Shown piece after piece: positions 1-11,377 of a DNA stretch of 29,644 nt (position 1 is its first letter; every line of letters starts with the position of its first letter). Source of the stretch: Candidatus Methylomirabilota bacterium. GTDB taxonomy: Bacteria; Methylomirabilota; Methylomirabilia; Rokubacteriales; CSP1-6. The position numbers and the translations under genes are program-made. The stretch is from the NCBI GenBank assembly GCA_046726415.1, contig JBKPAK010000059.1:1-29644 (forward strand), given 5' to 3'. The notes beneath the pieces are model-generated. The model was not told the DNA's origin. It ran no database searches and was given only the letters and a program-made list of their open reading frames with translations.

Positions 1-1
1 C

Positions 2-583
2 TGGCGGACGTTCCTGCGGGCCCACTGGGGCGAGATCGCGGGGGCCGACTTCTTCACCACCGAGGTCTGGACCCCGCGAGAACTCATCACCTACTACACG
101 CTCTTCGTGCTCGACCTCCGAAGCCGACGGGTTCACGTGGCAGGCTCGACGCCCATCCCGGATGGCTGCTTCATGGCGCAGACGGCCCGTCGACTGACCG
201 ATGCGGTCGATGGGTTCCTGGTGGGCCATCGCGTTCTCATCTGCGATCGCGACAGCAAGTGGACCGATGACTTCCGCCCTATCGTCCGAAGCGCCGGGGT
301 GCGGATCGTGCTGATGCCCGTCCGGGCGCCGAATGCCAACGCCTACGCGGAGCGCTTCGTGCGCTCGATCCGAGAGGAGTGTCTCGACCGCCTGATCCTC
401 TTCGGGGAGCGTCGCCTCTTCCGCGCCCTCGCCGAGTTCGTCGCTCACTACCATGGCGAGCAGAACCATCAAGGGCTCGGCAACGAGTTGATCGACCCGG
501 CAGCCGCCGTCGCGGACGCGACCCGGGTACGCTGTCGGGACCGGCTAGGAGGGCTGTTGCGCTACTATCACCGCGCAGCGTGA
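2..583 (+). CDS. DDE transposase / integrase core domain protein, 5'-partial (runs in from the window edge)
   Basis: Frame 2 is open from base 2: WRTFLRAHWGEIAGADFFTTEVWT...LICDRDSKW...NAYAERFVRSIREECLDRLILFGERRL...HQGLGN...RLGGLLRYYHRAA*. The motifs D(FF), DRD and AER fit the rve-type DDE triad. Confidence 0.85.
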   Translation, partial: WRTFLRAHWGEIAGADFFTTEVWTPRELITYYTLFVLDLRSRRVHVAGSTPIPDGCFMAQTARRLTDAVDGFLVGHRVLICDRDSKWTDDFRPIVRSAGVRIVLMPVRAPNANAYAERFVRSIREECLDRLILFGERRLFRALAEFVAHYHGEQNHQGLGNELIDPAAAVADATRVRCRDRLGGLLRYYHRAA

Positions 584-722
584 GCATACGACGAGTTTTC
601 GGACAGTACGGGCGGGAGGCAAGGTATGAAACTTCCAGCCACGATACATATGATCGCCATTGGCGAATCGTATCGCTGACACAAAGACGACCGAGGAAGA
701 AAGAGATAGGAGGCGGTTAACT

Positions 723-1199
723 ATGAGAAGAGCACTGAGCACCGTATTAGTTACCCTGCTGGCCGGTATCACTCTGTTATCAGAGTTGGGGGAAACGGCT
801 GTCGTCCAGCGCAGTCTGGAGCAACTAAGCCAGGAGGCGGATACCATCGTAATCGGCACTGTTACGATGCAACTTAGCACTTGGAACGTTCAGCATACCG
901 CGATTCAGACCGATGTGACTGTGACAATCGAGGACAATATTAAAGGATCGCGGGGAGCAGACGTCACCTTCAGGATCGCCGGGGGCATTCTTGGTGATGT
1001 GGGCATGCGTACTTCCAACGATCCGGTGTTCCAAAATGGGGATCGTGTAATTCTCTTCCTAGATACCACGAGTGTCCCGTTCAGCCTTGTCGGCCAGCAT
1101 CAGGGCGTCTATAAAATACACCACGGCCTGGTGACGCGACACGGCCACCGAGTGGCAGTTGATGACTTCGTCGACGCTGTTCGTGCCGCATCCCGGTAG
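723..1199 (+). CDS. Secreted hypothetical protein (signal peptide), of the type found next to or fused with matrixin proteases
   Basis: AGGAGG upstream of ATG 723. N-terminus MRRALSTVLVTLLAGITLL is signal-peptide-like, followed by SLEQLSQEADTIVIGTV...PVFQNGDRVILFL. Confidence 0.75.
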   Translation: MRRALSTVLVTLLAGITLLSELGETAVVQRSLEQLSQEADTIVIGTVTMQLSTWNVQHTAIQTDVTVTIEDNIKGSRGADVTFRIAGGILGDVGMRTSNDPVFQNGDRVILFLDTTSVPFSLVGQHQGVYKIHHGLVTRHGHRVAVDDFVDAVRAASR

Positions 1200-1231
1200 T
1201 GGGGAGACGGGTCGACAACGGGAGAATGAGG

Positions 1232-2734
1232 ATGAGACCGTGGAGAGTAGCCCTTGCGACGTGGTCCATCGTGTTAATGATACCCAGTGCCGGGTTTACG
1301 TATGTTCTGCTGGGACCGGACTGGTCCTATCAAGCAACACCGATGAGCGAGAACTGGATTGTCTGTGGTACGGGAGTACCCGGCAGCGGAGTGCAGCGGA
1401 CCAAGGATGGCGCTGCAGAATGGAACTACGCACACTTCACCTTTGCCTTTGGGGCCGATGCGTGTCAGTCGGCAGGGGTCTATCCGTCGCTCAACAATGT
1501 CAACCAGGTCGACTTTGGCGGAGGTCTCGAAGCGGGGGTGCTTGCGGAAACCACCGTGTGGTTCTTTCGTAGCAATCCCGCCAATATCATTGAATGCGAC
1601 ATGCGCTTTAGCAACACTTTCAGCTGGTACACCGGCACGGGTACCCCTCCGTCGACGCAGTACGATTGGCAGAGTGTGGCCATCCACGAAATGGGGCACT
1701 GCCTGGGCCTCGGCCACCAGGATGGTATCACGCCCACACCGGTGATGGCGTCTACATTGGCACGCGGCGAGACGCGACGGGCGCTAACGTGCGACGATAT
1801 TGCTGGCCGTGACGCTATCTATGATAGTACGCCTGGGTCGGAGAACTTCGAGCTGGTAGTGCCGTTGGTCTCGGGTGGCCTAGCGCACTACTACCGGCGG
1901 AACAATCCGATACGCTTTTGGTCCTGCGCTACGGCGGTCTTCGGGAGCGGCATGTATGAGGCGGTGACCTTCATCCAGAGTGATTTTGGAGGAGGGAACT
2001 TTGAGGTAATCGCTCGTCAGGGACAACAGTTGGTGACGTTCTATCGAGACCACTCGACCGGGACGTGGCATGGGCCCTTCTCCCTCCTCGCCTCCGGAGT
2101 CGCCGGAAATCCCGTGCTGATTCAGAGCCGTGATGGGAGCCCTGGAAACTTCGAGCTGGTGGTGCCGTTGGCCTCGGGTGGTCTGGCGCACTACTACCGT
2201 CCGAACAATCCGATAGGTCCGTGGGCGGGGCCCACGGCCGTCTTTGGGAGCGGTGTGTATGATGCGGTGACCCTTATCCAGAGTACTTTGGGCGGGAACT
2301 TTGTGGTAGTCGCTCGCCAAGGGCAGCAATTGGTGACGTTCGATCGAGACCACTCGACCGGGACGTGGCATGGGCCCTTCTCTCTCCTCGCCTCCGGAGT
2401 CGCTGGGAATCCCGTGCTGATTCAGAACCGTGATGGGACCCCTGGGAACTTCGAGCTGGTGGTGCCGTTGGCCTCAGGTGGTCTGGCCCACTACTACCGC
2501 CCGAACAATCCGATAGGTCCGTGGGCGGGGCCCACGGCCGTCTTTGGGAGCGGTGTGTATCATGCGGTGACCCTCATCCAGAGCAATTTTGGCGGGAACT
2601 TTGAGGTAGTTGCTCGCCAGGGGCAACAGTTGGTCATGTTCTATCGAGACCACTCGACCGGGACGTGGCATGGGCCCTTCTCTCTCCTCGCCTCCGAAGT
2701 CGCCGGGAATCCCGTGCTGATTCAAGGGGAGTAA
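1232..2734 (+). CDS. Secreted matrixin-family (M10-like) zinc metalloprotease with C-terminal beta-propeller repeats
   Basis: Signal peptide MRPWRVALATWSIVLMIPSAG; metzincin motif HEMGHCLGLGH; Met-turn PVM; then three ~100-aa repeats. Start is ATG 1232 (GGAG at 1221) or 1226; the ORF track starts at GTG 1199. Confidence 0.85.
   Translation: MRPWRVALATWSIVLMIPSAGFTYVLLGPDWSYQATPMSENWIVCGTGVPGSGVQRTKDGAAEWNYAHFTFAFGADACQSAGVYPSLNNVNQVDFGGGLEAGVLAETTVWFFRSNPANIIECDMRFSNTFSWYTGTGTPPSTQYDWQSVAIHEMGHCLGLGHQDGITPTPVMASTLARGETRRALTCDDIAGRDAIYDSTPGSENFELVVPLVSGGLAHYYRRNNPIRFWSCATAVFGSGMYEAVTFIQSDFGGGNFEVIARQGQQLVTFYRDHSTGTWHGPFSLLASGVAGNPVLIQSRDGSPGNFELVVPLASGGLAHYYRPNNPIGPWAGPTAVFGSGVYDAVTLIQSTLGGNFVVVARQGQQLVTFDRDHSTGTWHGPFSLLASGVAGNPVLIQNRDGTPGNFELVVPLASGGLAHYYRPNNPIGPWAGPTAVFGSGVYHAVTLIQSNFGGNFEVVARQGQQLVMFYRDHSTGTWHGPFSLLASEVAGNPVLIQGE
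1844..2725 (+). repeat. Intragenic tandem repeat, 3 x ~300 bp (units start at 1844, 2147, 2447)
   Basis: AACTTCGAGCTGGT recurs at 1844, 2147 and 2447, and long stretches are near-identical (e.g. CGAGACCACTCGACCGGGACGTGGCATGGGCCCTTCTC in all three units). Confidence 0.95.
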
Positions 2735-2996
2735 CGCTTCAGTGGCAGTTGGCAACAAGGGGCTACTCTTGCAAGAGGAGCGACCCACGTCCGTTGCGGA
2801 GCTCGCCCGCGCAGTGGGGCGGAATCCGTCACAGTTGACTTAGAGCTGCTCGCCCGCGCGGGCGGCGTGAGCCTTGAGAGCCCGACATGACGAGCCAGGT
2901 GCGCGTGCCACGCGTTGGCTACGACCGCGTGGAGATCCGGCTCGAGCTATGAAGCGCATGTCACCGCGGACCTGCTGCATGGCCCCGACCCGGTGG

Positions 2997-4280
2997 TGTC
3001 CCGGTCAAAAACTCGACGTTCAAAAGCCCGATTTAGAATTTCGGCCAGCCCTTTATCCCCTCACCGTTAGGGAGCTGCAATGATCCTCGTCCTGGGCGTC
3101 TGGACCTTCCTCCGCGCCCTTCTGGGCCGCTCCACCGCCGTTACCCTCGAGAACGTTGCCCTGCGCCATCAATTGACGGTCCTGCCGCGGTCGAGCCCGC
3201 GCCCGCGGCTCCGCCGCCAGGACCGCATCCTATGGGTGTGCCTCTCACGGCTCGGGGCGAACTGGCGGTCCAGCCTCCTCATTGTCCAGCCCGCCACTGT
3301 TGTCGCTTGGCACCGCCAGGGCTTTCGACTCTACTGGCGTTGGAAGTCCCGGCTCCGCTCACCGGGTCGTCCGCCGATCGACCTCGAGATCCGCAGCTTG
3401 ATTCGACGCATGGCCCGCGAAAACCCCACCTGGGGCCGGCGCCCGGATTCAGGCCGAACTCCGCTTCCTCGGCTATGAAGTCGCCGCCCTCACCGTCGCC
3501 AAGCACATGCGCCGTGCCTCCCGTCACCCGTCGCCTCCCTGGCGGGCCTTCCTGGCTGCTCACCGCCACGACATCGCGGCCATCGACTTCTTCGTCGCAC
3601 CGACCCTGACCTTTCGCCTGCTCTTCGGCTGTGTGATACTCCGCCACCACCGCCGAGAACTCCTCCACATCGGCGTCACCAACCAGCCCACCGCCGCCTG
3701 GGCGGCTCAACAGATCGTCCACGCGTTCCCGGACGAGACCGGCCCCGCCTACCTGCTCCGCGATCGCGACGCCATCTACGGCGTGATTTCCCGCGCCGGG
3801 TCGAGCGCCTGGGCATTCGCCAGGTCGTCACCGCACCTCGCGCTCCCTGGCAGAATCCCTTCGCCCAGCGCGTCATCGGCTCGATGCGCCGCGAATGCCT
3901 CGATCTCGTCATCGTGCTCAACGAACGCCACCTCCGACGCGTGCTTCGCACGTACCTCGCCTACTACAACGTTACGCGGCCTCACCAGAGTCTCGGTAAC
4001 GATAGCCCGCGCCGGCGCACAGTACAGTCCGTCTCATCCGGGCATATCGTCACCGTCCCCGAGGTCGGCGGGCTTCATCACCGCTACCAGCGCGCGGCCT
4101 GACCGCCCGCGATCTCCGCCTGCCAGCCCACCCCGCAATCATCTGCTTCGACAGGTCTGTGATGCCGATACCGTCATCGGCGCCGCAGCCCGTGTTGGCA
4201 CTCGAGTCAGTTCCAGCGCGAACGTTCTCGGAGCCGACGCGAACGCTTTGCCAGCTCGTAGTACCTCTTTGACCGGGACA
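2997..4280 (+). mobile_element. IS-like element (~1.28 kb) with perfect 13-bp terminal inverted repeats
   Basis: TGTCCCGGTCAAA at 2997-3009 and its reverse complement TTTGACCGGGACA at 4268-4280 bracket a DDE transposase; ends are TG...CA. Confidence 0.8.
3080..4102 (+). pseudogene. DDE transposase (integrase core domain), frameshifted
   Basis: Reads ENVALRHQL...VQPATVVAWHRQGF...MARENPTWG, shifts near 3443 to RIQAELRFLG...AAIDFF...LLRDRDAIYG, shifts near 3785 to PWQNPFAQRVIGSMRRECLD...EVGGLHHRYQRAA*. The expected AER glutamate reads AQR. Confidence 0.85.
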
Positions 4281-4574
4281 GGAAACACCCAGCAGGTCGG
4301 GGCCCTGCCCGCCCGCGCGATCAGTCGCCGCAGGACGACCTCCACCTCCTCGATCATTGCCACATGATATGTGACCGCCCGAGCTTCCGATCAGCCAACA
4401 CTGACACCCGCCCGGCGGGGTCAGAGTAAATAGAGATGACCCGCTTGTCCCGTTGCACGAAATCGCCGCCGCGCTCGCCCACCGGTTGTGCTAGCCTGGG
4501 CCACTTGATGGACATGCACGTGGCGGTTGATTGCGGCTATGCGTAGGTTTCCAACAGAAGGAACAGAAAGGACC

Positions 4575-4777
4575 ATCACGTGCTCGTCCTGGGCGAACGA
4601 CACCTGCGCCGCATCCTGACCCGGTACGTCGCCTATTACCATCAAGCGCGCACCCACCTCGCGCTCGACAAGGACGCACCCGACCTCAGGGTTATCGAGC
4701 TTCCCGCAGCGGGCAAGATTGTGGAGGTTCCCGAAGTCGGCGACCTGCACCACCGCTACCTCCGCCAGGCCGCCTAG
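4575..4777 (+). pseudogene. C-terminal relic of a related integrase-core transposase
   Basis: HVLVLGERHLRRILTRYVAYYHQARTHLALDKDAP...VPEVGDLHHRYLRQAA* matches the C-terminus of 3080-4102; no N-terminal part. Confidence 0.8.
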
Positions 4778-5055
4778 TCCCCCGCCGGCCCGCACGGATC
4801 ACAACCACGACCGCTCCACGAGCACGCTCATCCAGCCGACAGTTCTCCGCCCCTCAGAACCCTACCGTACGGTTACCGGCTGGTCGATAATCTCCGGTCG
4901 TCGACGGTGCTCCCTCACCAACCCTCACGTGTTGGAGCCCGTCAGGCGAATCCAAAAGTCCGCCAAACGAGTCGGACGAGGTTATGGCGAAGGACAGCCC
5001 CCCGGCGTCCTGGCTGACCGCAGGCGCGCCTAGCTGCGATCCGACCCGGACCTGA

Positions 5056-5092
5056 CGCTCGGACGCAGCTGGGCTTCAGCTGCGTCCGAACG
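5056..5092 (-). terminator. Stem-loop just downstream of katG (terminator-like)
   Basis: TCGGACGCAGCTG (5059-5071) pairs with CAGCTGCGTCCGA (5077-5089) around a 5-nt loop. The stem extends through a G-U pair only on the minus strand. No clear U-tract. Confidence 0.6.
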
Positions 5093-5106
5093 CCCTTCCG
5101 CCGACA

Positions 5107-7491
<2,385 letters not shown>

Positions 7492-7519
7492 TCAGGCGGT
7501 GGGTCCTGCCGTCGCTCCC

Positions 7520-8298
7520 TTGGATGAGAATGTCACACCCTTGGCGAGCCCACTCGGCCAGCGAGCGCACGTCGTCCTGGACGAGGGCACGCGCCTCGTC
7601 CACCGCCCCGCCGTCGAGGTACGGCATGCCGCAACATCGCTGGGTGGGCAGGGTCACCGCCACTCCGTTCTTCTCGAGCACGCGGACGGCTGCGCGGCCC
7701 ACAGCGGGCTGGTGATACTCGACCTGACAGGTGGCGAAGAGGGCCACCGTTCGCGCCGGCGCGGGGGTCCGCGGGCGCCGGCGAAACCAGGTTGAGAAGG
7801 TCGGCCGCTGAAAGCGCGTGAGATTGCGGTCCTTGTGAATGCCGAGAACGGCCTGCATGAACGCCCGGTGCACGGACACCTCGTTCATCCAGTTCGACAG
7901 GGGCGCAGTCAGGCTGCCCAGCTTACCCACCAGCTCGGTGTTGCCGAGGACGCGATCTTGCAGACTCACCCCGCCGGCGCGGGTCTGGGCGGCGCGAGCC
8001 CGCAGCATCAACCGGGGAAAGTCGCCCTCCCAGCGATGGGGCGGCGTGTACGGGCAGTAGTTGTAGCAGAGCTTGCACTGGTAGCAGAGGTCCACTACTT
8101 CCTTGACATCGGCGGCGGGCAGATTCTCGACGTCCCCGTCGACGGCGTGCACGTCCAGCCGGTCGAACAGCACCTTGAACGATGGACAGAGGGGCAGACA
8201 GCGACGGCAGCCTGCGCAGATGTCGTAGACGCGGCGCAACTGTGGTCGGCCTTGTGGGGCTCCCAGAACTCGGCCGCCCGAAAGTCCAGCGTTCCCAT
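7520..8298 (-). pseudogene. GlpC/heterodisulfide-reductase-like Fe-S oxidoreductase (4Fe-4S + CCG domain), frameshifted and 3'-truncated
   Basis: ATG 8298 gives MGTLDFRAAEFW; frameshift near 8243 into LRRVYDICAGCRRCLPLCPSF, CYQCKLCYNYCP, QRCCGMP. Family-like sequence is lost after GCDILIQG (~7520); the ORF continues in low-complexity sequence to 7292. Confidence 0.8.
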
Positions 8299-8395
8299 GC
8301 CATCTCTGCTAATCTTCGCTACCCATCCGAGGCCATCTCGGCGCGCGCCGCCTGGCCGGTCCCCTCCCCGGGGACAGGCGACCGGCGGGCTCGCG

Positions 8396-8845
8396 CTAGA
8401 TCGCCTCCGCCGGCTCCTTGCCCTTGATCTGCGTAAGTCCCTTGTTGAACCGCCCGGCGTGCGACTTCCCGGCCTTGGCGAGCGTCTCGAACCACTCCGA
8501 CAGCTCGGCGAAGCCCTCATCGCGCGCAGTCTTGGCCATGCCGGGATACATCTGGGTGTATTCGTACGTCTCCCCCGCCACGGCCGCCTTCAGATTGAGC
8601 TCCGTCTTGCCCATGGGCTCGCCGGTGGCCGGATCGCCCACTTCCTTGAGGAAGTCGAGGTACCCGAAGGCGTGCCCGGCCTCGGCGTCCGCCGTGTCCT
8701 TGAACAGGCCGGCGATGTCGGGAAAGCCCTCGATATCGGCCACCCGGGCGAAGTAGAGGTAGCGGCGGTTCGCCTGCGACTCCCCGGCGAACGCCTCCTT
8801 CAGGTTGTCGAGGCTCTTCGTGTTCTTGAGCGACTTCCCGGCCAT
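8396..8845 (-). CDS. rbr: Rubrerythrin-family di-iron protein (short form, no rubredoxin domain)
   Basis: AGGAGG RBS; MAGKSLKNTKSLDNLKEAFAGESQANRRYLYFA...EAGHA...GETYEYTQMYPGMA...ETLAKAGKSHA. The last ExxH appears as GKSH. Confidence 0.9.
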   Translation of the reverse strand: MAGKSLKNTKSLDNLKEAFAGESQANRRYLYFARVADIEGFPDIAGLFKDTADAEAGHAFGYLDFLKEVGDPATGEPMGKTELNLKAAVAGETYEYTQMYPGMAKTARDEGFAELSEWFETLAKAGKSHAGRFNKGLTQIKGKEPAEAI

Positions 8846-9315
8846 GACGACGCCTCCTGTGAGGGGTTGCGGCGGCGACAGGCCCCGCAGCGGCCGTAGA
8901 ACTCGACGCGATGGCTCAGGATCTCCAGCCCGGGAACGGGAGCCGCCGGCGCCGGCGTTGGCCGCCGGCGCGGGACGTCGAGGACGCGCCCACAGGCCAC
9001 GCAAGTGAAGTGGTCGTGCGGGGCGAGGTTGCCGTCGAAGCGGAGCCCGGTGGGTTCCGCGCGCTCCCGCACGAGGCCCTCGGCGGCCAGCCGCCGGAGG
9101 TTCCGGTACACCGTGCCCAGGCTCACCCGGGGCAGGCGCCGCCGCACCGACTCGTACACCAGCGAGGCCGAGGGGTGCGCGTCGGTGGCGCGGACCACTT
9201 CGAGAATCACCCGCCGCGGTCGGGTGAGGCGCAGGCCGCGGGCCCGCAGGGCATCGCTCGGCGAGCCGGCGTCGGCGCGGGAGGGGGGCGGGAGCTTTTT
9301 AGGAATCATTCTCAA
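8800..9315 (-). CDS. Fur-family transcriptional repressor (PerR/FurA-like)
   Basis: RLTRPRRVILEVV..HPSA..VSLGTVYRNL..HDHFTCVAC..EFYGRCGAC with two CxxC zinc motifs. Start uncertain (TTG 9315 or ATG 9309). The C-tail overlaps the rubrerythrin start. Confidence 0.9.
   Translation of the reverse strand: MRMIPKKLPPPSRADAGSPSDALRARGLRLTRPRRVILEVVRATDAHPSASLVYESVRRRLPRVSLGTVYRNLRRLAAEGLVRERAEPTGLRFDGNLAPHDHFTCVACGRVLDVPRRRPTPAPAAPVPGLEILSHRVEFYGRCGACRRRNPSQEASSWPGSRSRTRRASTT
9299..9315. promoter_or_regulatory. Fur/PerR-type operator
   Basis: TTAGGAATCATTCTCAA is an imperfect AT-rich palindrome in GC-rich DNA; the minus strand reads TGAGAAT-G-ATTCCTA, matching the Fur 7-1-7 pattern. Confidence 0.7.
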
Positions 9316-9330
9316 AATTTTCTCCGTCCG

Positions 9331-9359
9331 ATCCTACCCCACCGGAAGACGGCGGTCAA
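9331..9359 (-). promoter_or_regulatory. Sigma70-type promoter of the fur-rbr-katG operon
   Basis: Minus strand TTGACC (9359-9354), 17-nt spacer, TAGGAT (9336-9331). Confidence 0.7.
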
Positions 9360-9366
9360 GCGCTCG

Positions 9367-10040
9367 ACGCCGCTTGCGCTGGCGCTACCAGCACTACGGC
9401 TATGACGGCTTGCTCGATCGCCGCCGGCAGATTCCCGCGCTGCGGCGGGTGCCCGTCGCGGAGTTGCAGCGAATCCTGCGTACCGAGTGCGTAGCGCTAC
9501 CTCGGCTTCAATGTGCGGCACTTCTGCCACGTCGCCCGCCGCGAGCACGGCCTCACCTTCTCCTACACGCTGGTCAAGACGGCTCTGCAGGGGCGGGCCT
9601 GGCGCCCAAGCGCCGCCCGCGGGGCCGTCACCGCCGGCGCCGCGAGCCCCGGCCGTGCTTCGGTGAACTGTTCCACCTCGACGGCAGTCGCCACCCCTGG
9701 CTGGCCCTCGTCCCGGACGCCATGCTGCCCCTGCTCGTCGTGGTGGACGACGCCACCAAGCACCTGCTCTACGCCCAGCTCGTGGAGGGCGGGGAGAGTA
9801 CGGCGGCCATCATGACGGCGTTGCGCGAGGTCCTGACGACCGTGGGCCTGCTGGGAGCGCTGTACACCGACCGCGCCGGCTGGGCCGTCTACACGCCGAC
9901 CTCCGGCACCGCCCCCGACCGCACCCAGCTCGCCCAGGTCGGCCGCTGCCCTGGCCCGGCTCGGCATCGAGCACATCCTCGGGCACTCCCCGCACGCCCG
10001 CGGCCGCCGCGAGCGGGCCAACGGCACCCTGCAGGGCGTG
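9367..10040 (+). pseudogene. ISNCY/IS481-like transposase fragment with multiple frameshifts
   Basis: Pieced across frames: RRLRWRYQHYGYDGLLDRR..FNVRHF..SYTLVKTALQ..RRREPRPCFGELFHLDGSRH..VVDDAT..LYTDRAG..QVGR..LGIEHI..SPHARGRRERANGTLQG; truncated at both ends. Confidence 0.8.
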
Positions 10041-10351
10041 TCCCTTCATTTGCCGACCATCAATTTCCTGAAGCAGAACACCGACGAGCGGATGACGATT
10101 ATGGGCAGCTCCGCGATGGGTTTCGCCTTGGGTTTTCCGGATAACTTTGTGGATGACGGACGCTTCGGTTACGCGAGCGGGAGGAAACCGGAAATCATAG
10201 TTTTTGCGCAGGAAAGCGAGCAGTCGGTGCAGGAGGCACCTGCTTTTCTACCTTTCTACCCCCGCTTCCGCCCTACATACGCAGACTGCTGGCGGAAGAG
10301 TACCGGCGTGTTTATGAGAATCCGGGGTTTAAGGTTTATGCTCGACGATGA
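10040..10351 (+). pseudogene. C-terminal fragment of a protein, possibly a GT39/ArnT-like membrane glycosyltransferase tail
   Basis: LPTINFLKQNT..IMGSSAMGFALGFPDNFVDDGRFGYASGRKPEIIVF, then in another frame YIRRLLAEEYRRVYENPGFKVYARR* (TGA 10349-10351), convergent with the next gene. Family call is from recalled similarity only. Confidence 0.4.
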
Positions 10352-10357
10352 GCGAAG

Positions 10358-11368
10358 CTACAAGATAGACTGTGTCCTGGTCTTTTGGATGACGAGCGAG
10401 AGATTCGGCACCAGCGTCATTCCTGAAATCAACTTAAAACCCTTGATGGATGCTTTGAGCAGGCGTTTCAACGCGATCAATCTGGTTTGATTGAGCGCGG
10501 AATACCAGAGGTCTATGCGGTCGCGCAGGCCCTGTTTCGATGGCTCTAACAGCACCGGATGCTGAGCTGCCCCTTCGCGCTCAAGGATGCTTAAGATTTC
10601 CCGCTCGGTGCCGCCGCGGATGCCCCGGCGCAGGAGCGTCTGCCACGGCTCGGTCTTGTCAATCCGTTTTGAGAATGTCCGCGCGGCGGCCAGAGCCAGC
10701 CGGTCTGGCATGTAGTTAATCAGGGGCAATCCGGTCGTGTGATGTTCGATGGGGAAATAACGATGCGGAGTCATGTTCAGAAACAGATAACCATCGTCGC
10801 TGATGGCATCCCAGATTTTGGGAATTATCATCAGCCGTTCGTCCGGCAAGAGATGCTCGTAAACTGCGCTCAGGATGACCCAAGCGAATTTACCGATTCC
10901 TGCCGGAAGTTCTGAGCCGGCAGGCGACTGTAGTAATTTGACGTTCGTGCACTGGTAGTGAGCGGCACGCGCACGCGCCACACGCAAGAGCGTTTCATCA
11001 AGCTCCACGCCAACAATTTCCGTTTGCGGAAACAGACGATGCAGAATCATTGAGGACGCGCCGCTGCCGCAGCCGAAATCAAGAATTCTTTTATTCTCAA
11101 AATCGCTCACGTCGAAATACGCCATCAGGTCTGTTTCCAAATCCCTGCGCACATACTCGGCGTCTTCTTCGCGCGCCATCTCGTCGCACAGATAGGCCGG
11201 GCCTTTCACTTCGAGAATCAGACGGATGAGACTTACCGGATACGAGGTCTGCCAGCTATCTCTGGGCATGAAAAGATTTCTGTGAGGAACGACCTTGACG
11301 CGCTTCATGCCTCCGGGCAACGCTTCAATCCGTATCTCTGCATCCGTATGATTCAAGGTGGTTGACAT
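10358..11368 (-). CDS. Class I SAM-dependent methyltransferase
   Basis: Motif I ILDFGCGSG, then IVGVELD and SAVYEHL; 336-aa intact ORF. Confidence 0.9.
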   Translation of the reverse strand: MSTTLNHTDAEIRIEALPGGMKRVKVVPHRNLFMPRDSWQTSYPVSLIRLILEVKGPAYLCDEMAREEDAEYVRRDLETDLMAYFDVSDFENKRILDFGCGSGASSMILHRLFPQTEIVGVELDETLLRVARARAAHYQCTNVKLLQSPAGSELPAGIGKFAWVILSAVYEHLLPDERLMIIPKIWDAISDDGYLFLNMTPHRYFPIEHHTTGLPLINYMPDRLALAAARTFSKRIDKTEPWQTLLRRGIRGGTEREILSILEREGAAQHPVLLEPSKQGLRDRIDLWYSALNQTRLIALKRLLKASIKGFKLISGMTLVPNLSLVIQKTRTQSIL

Positions 11369-11377
11369 CTATACTTC

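Noticed and set aside
1844-2725. Repeat array as a CRISPR or DGR template/variable pair
   Set aside because: The units are in-frame coding repeats without spacers, differences are not confined to adenines, and no cas or reverse transcriptase gene is present.
4446-4996. Internally deleted IS bounded by TGTCC...GGACA
   Set aside because: Only 5 terminal bp match as an inverted repeat; plausible but too weak to call.
9005-10144. 379-aa ORF as a full transposase
   Set aside because: A chimeric reading: its first third is antisense to fur, and true transposase homology moves between frames.
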